Shown: positions 21,241-28,011 of the stretch, piece after piece
Position numbering within the stretch: position 1 is the first letter of the stretch
Layout: the number at the start of each line of letters is the position of its first letter
Assembly: GCF_006345805.1 (NCBI RefSeq)
Contig: NW_021833549.1
Coordinates: 1 to 28,011, forward strand
Reading direction: 5' to 3'
DNA: 28,011 nucleotides
Source: Octopus sinensis
Lineage: Eukaryota
The notes under the pieces: model-generated
The model's input: the letters and a program-made list of their open reading frames with translations, nothing else
Told to the model about the DNA's origin: nothing
Database searches by the model: none
Made by a program: the position numbers and the translations under genes

Positions 21241-21537
21241 ACAATTTTACGCATCAAAAAAAGAAAAATTATATGAATCTTCCTCTTTTTCACAGCGGAA
21301 CAGTCGACTGATATGGTCTTTATTTTCTCTCGTTCATCCATAGTGCTTGGAGGTTTATACGACATGCATTGTTCAACGACATCGTGAAATGAGCTATGAG
21401 GTCGTATTTCTTTCACTACTCCAACCTTTTCGGGTCGACCGTGTGGATAGGCAACATTCTGATGGGATGAGCATTTTCTTTCTCAAGTGTGAAAAAACGA
21501 TATTATTTGTATTATAAATTAAATTTTTGCCACGAAA

Positions 21538-21669
21538 GATCCCAACGAGTCGATCAGACTCTTTCAAAGGATCTCATTGGCCATCATGCGCGGGAATTGC
21601 CAGTCGATTCGCTGCGCATTTTAATTCTTTTCGTTTATTAACAATAAGTTTGTCATTAAAAAAAAAAAA
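21538..21669 (+). mobile_element. Very short CRE-like 3' end with poly(A) (copy g)
   Basis: DPNESIRLFQRISLAIMRGNCQSI then an A-run at ~21657-21669. Confidence 0.75.
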
Positions 21670-21707
21670 TTATAAATTAATTTAATGAAATTCAGTCAGA
21701 TCTAATT

Positions 21708-22220
21708 TTACACGCTCTATCGTGTAGACGCAGTGCTGGCCGCATTCCGCGTCACGCGGCTCTTAACGATCTTATCAGGAGAGCTCTGGAAGTGGCCGGA
21801 ATCCCCTCCCTGCTTGAACCCTCTGGGATCGATCGGGGGGACGGAAAAAGGCCTGACGGGATCACTGAGTTTCCCTTCAACCGGGAGAAGCCTCTTACCT
21901 GGGATGCCACGTGTTTGGACTCTTTCTCGCCTCAGAACCTGCTGATGTCCGCATCCGCCCCTGGATCTATTGTCACAACCGCGGAATGCAAAAAGATGCG
22001 GAAGTACTCCTCACTTACGGAGAAGTTCCAATTCCTTCCATTCGCGGTTGAGACTTCCGGTTCCTTAGACAGTAAGGCAATCAGCTTCGTTCAGGAGATC
22101 GGGTCCCGCATGTTTGCTATCACAGGCGACGCCCGCGAATCAAGATGGTTTTTCGAGCGGATATCTTTTTCGATAGTACGCTCTAATTCTTTCTCGATCG
22201 TGTCGGCTTCCCGTCCATGA
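21708..22220 (+). mobile_element. CRE-like RLE domain, uninterrupted reading frame but no start codon (copy h)
   Basis: [65 protein letters not shown]; 171 codons to the stop. Confidence 0.93.
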
Positions 22221-22333
22221 AGCTTTCGAACACTTGACCGAATTCTTTTTTTCGTAATAAACAAAATTAATCCGGACAAAAAAATTTGACTTAAACTCTT
22301 CAAAATTTTTAAAATGCTTTCTGAAATTCTTTC

Positions 22334-22470
22334 TTAAAAAAGTTTAAAAATGGGAAGGTTCTTTGTTTCCTTTATTGTCTTAGATTGGAAAAACGCATTT
22401 GAGGCACGTTTTATTCAGCAATAATTTTGATATAATTTTTTTTGTATTTATTTGTTCTTACAAAAACATC
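22334..22470 (+). pseudogene. DDX55: Duplicated 3' end of DDX55 (last intron, last exon and flank)
   Basis: About 95 bp closely matching 14459-14555, including the 26-nt intron; stop is TAA rather than TGA. Confidence 0.85.
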
Positions 22471-22509
22471 ACTATCTATTTTTATTGAGAACGCTTCTTA
22501 GAGCGTTTT

Positions 22510-22905
22510 ATAATTTTAAGACCAAGAAGGGACCCGGCTTCTTTCAGGCCGATTTCCCTGTTATGCTCGATGTCGAAAATCCTGGAAGACTGGTTCTTGG
22601 CAGAATAGAAGCTTTCTTACCCCAAAGACATTTTCAACATGGTGTAAGAAGGCGAAGTCCACGTCTTTGTACCTTCAATCCTTGTCAAACTTCATCTGTA
22701 CCGGTTTTGCCAGCAAACCGAGGCACCAAAAGACCGTGCTCTGCTCCGTCGACATCCATAAAGCCTTCGATTCCGTCTCGAGGAAGCTCCTCTCAAGGAA
22801 GATATTCCAATCCAACTTTCCTCTGAAGCTAAAAATATTGATTACCAACTTCCTAAGTGGACGAAGGGGAAGGGTGTGCCTCGGTGGTCTGAAATCCAAA
22901 TCTCG
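22510..22905 (+). mobile_element. Jockey/I-like LINE reverse transcriptase internal fragment
   Basis: KTKKGPG..LPQRHFQHG..; TVLCSVDIHKAFDSVSRKLL..ITNFLSGRRGRV. Confidence 0.85.
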
Positions 22906-23167
22906 ATTAGACAATTTCAATTAGACAATTTTGACAATTAAAAAAAGTAAAAAATAATAATTCTCGTTTTATTATTCTAATTTTGTTTTGTGTTTTATTT
23001 CTAGTTGATTTATAGATTTTTCGAGTTTACAAACTGTTTCATTTGTCTTAAAAGTAGCAGTGTTTTCATTATTAAGCATAGTATTTGTCTAAGAGTAGCT
23101 GGTTAGTGTAATTTGCAATTTAATTGAGCATTAATTTCTTTAAATGTAATTGTTATTTACTAGAAGT

Positions 23168-23350
23168 TAACAAAGCCATCCATCCGAAGTGAACCCCGCC
23201 AACATTATTGACGTTGCGTTGCCTCTCACGATAGCAACGGAGATCACTGAAGAAGCCACCGACCGGGTCTCACGTGTGTCGTGGCTTTTTAATGTAGCTA
23301 AGCGTCCAAGCTTCTTCAGGAAGCAAAGCGATTTCCCACTTATTCCTCCA
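23168..23350 (-). mobile_element. CRE-like 3' end (copy i); the only minus-strand TE piece in the right block
   Basis: GGISGKSLCFLKKLGRLATLKSHDTRE...ISVAIVRGNATSIMLAG. Confidence 0.75.
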
Positions 23351-23419
23351 TATTAGAATTATAAAAAGTAATTATTTAAAAATACAATTCAAATTGATTC
23401 AGAGGATAAATATAACTAT

Positions 23420-24110
23420 GTTTACCAACATCGCTTGGCTTGTTTATTGGCTGCCTTGCAACCATATTCGGGGACTTGGTTGACCGCCATCCCTATGGGA
23501 ACCGCAAACCTTATTGGACGACGATTTCCTAAGGATCGGTGTCTCATTGCGCCTGGGGGTAAACGTATGCCGAGAACACCGGTGCCGCTGTGGATCGACC
23601 GTTGACCCCTTTGGATTGCACCCATTATCGTGTCAGAGAAGCTCTGGACGCTTTCCCCGACACGCTGCCCTGAACGACATAGTCAAGCGGACTTTTGAAA
23701 CTGCCGGATTCCCATCACAGTTGGAACCTGTCGGCCTGGTTCGGGAGGATGGTAAACGTCCTGACGGCCTAACGACTTTCCACTTCAAAGATGGCAAGTC
23801 GCTCATCAATACACAACTTGCACGGACACCTTCTCCGCCGGAAACATCTTTACGTCAGCCGGAGAGCCGACTCCGCAGCCAACCTTGCGGAAACATTAAA
23901 AGTCAAGAAATATAGTGCATTATTGCACCGTTATATCTTTGCCCCGATCGTATTGGAGACGTCGAGAGTACTCGATTACAGAACTAAAAAATTCCTTATT
24001 AAACTGGGGGATTTGGCAAGCAGAAGTAGAAAATGATCGTCGGGAACGGACATGGCTTTTCCAGCGCATATCAATAGCCATCTTGCGTGGGAATTGCCAT
24101 TGCTGCTAAT
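23420..24110 (+). mobile_element. Longest CRE-like fragment: CCHC knuckle plus RLE (copy j)
   Basis: [87 protein letters not shown]. Confidence 0.93.
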
Positions 24111-25154
24111 TAAATATAACTATTCGTTAAAACGTGATAAATAATACACAGTGTACATATAATAAGTTTGATTTAATATGTAAAATTACTGTAATTGGAG
24201 CACGATTTGATCTTAATATAAAAAGTGTCATTACTATTTCTTTAGGGTTATGACAGTATAATAACCATTTATCTTCAAACATTCGCATTTGCCAGCCTTT
24301 TTGTGCTCGCGGTACTCAAAACTATATTAATTAGAAATGTTTTTAAATTAAAATATTCAAGAAACTTAAAAAATACAAAAAATAATTATGATAACTAATG
24401 AGACACTTGTGCATGTTTCTGTGTTCGCAAAATTTCCAGACAGGGATAATTTGCAACAAACATATTCAGACTTTAACTACAAGACAAAAATTTGTTTCTC
24501 TTATTTCATTTAATGTCGACAAGATAAGTGAAAGTTCGTTTAATCTTGTATTGAAATCCAAAACATATCTGTCGACAATTTACCAAAACTAAAATAATTT
24601 GGTTAATTACAATAAAAAGGCTCATTCTTCAGACATAAAATTTTAATAAGTATGAAAATATGCAAAAATATGGTCGTGTAGAAAATCCAAAAAATATCAA
24701 ATTGTTCAAAAAAAGATTAAAATTATTTTATATAGGCGACAAAAATGATAATCTTTATCAAAACTAGATAACTGTCAATAATCATATAATTTAAACTGTC
24801 CTGTTACATCCTCGGAGGTCAACCTATCCAAAGTGGTTTATAATCCAATCCTATTGGATTTGACGTCAGACAGTAAAATAAATTATCAACAAAATAATGA
24901 TTTTTTATTTAATCATAATCGACTTTGATAGATTAAAGCAGTCAGACCATTGATATTTATGGAAATTTAGCGATAAAAATTGTCAAACTTGAACTGAAAA
25001 TGGTATATATTGAGTAGTTCTCCTTTTTATCGTATTTTTAGAATGTTTAATTTCCTTAATGAAAAATCTTGATCACACAAATTTTCTTATTAGACATTTT
25101 CTTAAAAAATTAAAAATGTTTTCATCTTATATTGAGAATAAACAACCGTCTATA

Positions 25155-28010
25155 TAGATTTAAACTATTTGAAAACGGGTTTATATTTTTTATTACAATT
25201 AAGATAATCTTAAAAAGTATTTTTGCATTCATTAAAGATGTCTCAGGTTCCGTAAAATGTATGATTAGTAAGTTTCTCTTATTTTATAACTTCACAGTAA
25301 CCAATCATTTAGTTCGTGCAGTTACGATGCAATTATCTTTTCAAATATTCTCTGACTCTACTTAAATGATTATTTTTTGGAATATTGTTGCATTCTGTAT
25401 TTCTGGAAGTTTTTGTATCTGGTCTTGTTCTTAGTATTCAATTACTGATGATCTGCTGTTTGATTTAGTAATACATATAAGTTTAATAATACATATGAGT
25501 GGTTAATGACAAATTTTGGCAACTTTTTTGATTACAATCATCTTGTCATAGATAAAAGACTTGTAAATAATTTTTGCTTATGTGTTTACAAACTTAAACA
25601 ACTTTTTTTGATTCACTCCATATGGTAAAAGATTCTGTCATTTTTTCAAAAGTAGATAAAAAATTTTATTTTATTTGTTTTATTTTGGGAAAATATATTA
25701 GATACCCAAAACTCTTTCCTGGACGACAATTACTTCACCCAGTGGTTCATAAAACCTAATATGGACATCTTTATTAAGATTAGATTTTTTTTTCTTTGCT
25801 ATTCGGTATTAGTAAATATAATGCTAACAAAATTTATATTTTTTGAATTGTAAATTATTTAGATTTCTTTATTCATAGTTAATTAAAGTCATTAATTAAA
25901 TGATTTTAAAATTGTATTTATTATCTGTGTCGTCCAAAAAAGAGTTTCAATAAATAGGATATGTGTTACTTATTAGTATGTTGGTACTCTGTACGTCTTC
26001 ATTAATGTAAACCACCTGAATTTTTGTTCCTAGCTGAATTCAAACAGACTCACAATATTAAATGTTATTTATTTAATTTTTTAAAGTTTTAAATTTATCG
26101 AATTAATTACAATAAATTATAACGTGTTAAGCACGTTATTTTCTTTTCTTGTTTTGTGGTTTTGGTTGTTAATTCTTATTTCATTCTTTTTTTATAAATG
26201 TTTTATTTTTATTCTATTTTTTTATTTGTTTGAAGATTAATTAAATTGACTACTGGTAAAATATCATGGATAAAGTTTATTTTGCAAGTGAATTTGTATT
26301 CATTTTATCGATTAATTAATCTTCATTCAATGCATTTTTTTAAAGTAAATTATTTTTTCCTACTATTTTATTGCTTATTTTGATCTTTTTAGTTTTTTGT
26401 CATCTGAAATTATTAATTTTTCTTTACTATTTTAGAAATTAAATATGTCTTTGTTTCTTTACAGGGTATTTCATAAATATATCCTCTAATTTCATAAATA
26501 TATCCTCTTATTCCATAAATATATCGTATAATTCATATAATTGTATATTATAAATAATAATATAATGTAGTAATTCTTGTAGTAATGTTCGTATGTCGTA
26601 TACGTATATTTCAAGTTACATTAACAAAGACCAACTTTTAATTTAAAAAAACAAATGTTGATTAATTCTGTTAATAATCGCATTCACTCTATTCCAAAAT
26701 GACCGGTAGTACTCGGTAAACATTTAATTAGACGAAAGCGATTGTATAACATCTTTTAAGTTTCCTTTTAAAGCCTTCTGATTCATAGCTCTTGGACGTA
26801 TTCGCCTTTGTTGTCCCAAATACATTTTCGATAGGATTTAAGTCAGGTGAATAAGGAGGTAAAAACAAATACTAAACACTATGTGTTTCGAAAAAATTAA
26901 CAAAATTTGAAGAATGATGAAATTTAACATTATCTAAAATTATCACAGAATCATCAGTGAAAATTCCTTTTGTACAACATTCATTGATAAACTCAGTAAA
27001 AATAATTTTGTTGTACGCACCATCAATTATTTTAGAAAGTTCTATTCCCATTATGGATATTATTGAACACAACGATATATTTTTTCCCTTTGATGCAGGT
27101 TGATATAGAATCGGATCATGATTTACATTAATATAAAAAAGAATGAAATAAGAATCAACAACCAAAAGCACAACAACACAAGTTGCATCCCAAATCAGGG
27201 ACTTGCCTTTCCTGGAAGGGAAGGTAGTCATCCAGGACGCTTTCCAGCACTCCGACCGAGACCGACTGGCTCTAGAGTGGAGGGGAAACCTGCCGACTCT
27301 AGTGCCTTTTTGATGACGTCATTGAGGTGAGTGTGGCGAGGAATTCTGCCAGCACTCTTCTTGTACGATGAATATGCAAATTTGACAATTAAGTCATTTT
27401 CCCTGAACAATTTTGCATCTTCAATATCATTTTCATCAAGAAAATTCATATATGCATTGTGTGTTATATTTTTTGAATTTGTCTTATATTTTGTGAATTC
27501 GTAAAAATTAATAATGGACGCATTTTTGAACAATGCCGCCAGTTCTATATCATGTTGTAAATTAATGAGTTCTAGTTGAAACTTTGCAGGCGCATCCTTA
27601 ATTTCCACGCTGAATGGAGTTGCGAATATTTTCATTAAAGGAAGGAATTCTTTAAAATTCTAAAAATTAAATTTATATAAATGTACCCCAAAACGTGCTT
27701 CAAATTGATTAATGAAATCACCAATTATGGATATGTTTAACCTTAAGAATGAATAATTGAATTTAAAAATCCTGGGGGCTGCATTTGAGAACCGCTGGTC
27801 TAATCCAACCGGCCCCGGGACAGAAGGGAATTCAGCGGCGTTGAGCGCGCGCTTAACAATATTATTCAAGACAGCATGCCTGGGTATTCAACCGGCACTG
27901 AGGCGACAAGAGAGGGGGTGTAGGCTTCTCCTGTCAATGATTTTACCGCATCTGCACTGATGTGACTGCCAAATCTCGATCCCAATGCGTAGACACAAAC
28001 CAATGTGATT
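25155..28010 (+). repeat. Long direct repeat, copy 2 of 1-2888
   Basis: Offset 25154 at the start, 25122 after the minisatellite contraction. Confidence 0.98.
26722..27994 (-). mobile_element. Duplicate of the Tc1 / CRE-a / hAT / CRE-b mosaic at 1600-2872
   Basis: ORFs are identical to copy 1 apart from YST vs YNK in the Tc1 piece. Confidence 0.9.
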
Positions 28011-28011
28011 G

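Noticed and set aside
21708-22220. Stand-alone expressed RLE nuclease gene
   Set aside because: The frame is open but has no in-frame ATG; the nearby ATG at 21685 is out of frame and stops. A young truncated insertion is the simpler reading.
1-28011. Terminal direct repeats as LTRs of a giant retroelement
   Set aside because: No TG..CA ends, primer-binding site or gag-pol; the repeats hold debris of unrelated TEs and run off the window.

Overview
AT-rich eukaryotic nuclear DNA, very probably from an animal with a miniaturised gene structure. Most spliceosomal introns are only 21-27 nt, as in dicyemid mesozoans or possibly myxozoans (taxon is inference). The core is a head-to-head pair of housekeeping genes: PSMD14/Rpn11 (-, 8 introns) and the DEAD-box helicase DDX55 (+, about 14 introns). 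There are also intron-containing fragments of UBTF and of an uncharacterised HEAT-repeat gene, and one tRNA-Asp(GTC). Much of the rest is a mosaic of 100-700 bp transposon pieces: at least 10 different CRE-like RLE retrotransposon 3' parts, APE-type LINE pieces (one with a 2A-like NPGP motif), pogo/Tigger, Tc1/IS630, three kinds of hAT and an rve integrase. These pieces are strongly strand-polarised: 9 of 9 are minus in 1.6-8.2 kb and 13 of 14 are plus in 9.7-24.1 kb. The window begins and ends with the same ~2.9 kb sequence (period ~25.1 kb), about 5% diverged in its first part but almost identical over the transposon debris. Most host-gene frameshifts are 1-nt homopolymer deletions, probably long-read consensus errors. 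All family assignments come from motif recognition by eye, not database searches, and transposon fragment boundaries are approximate.
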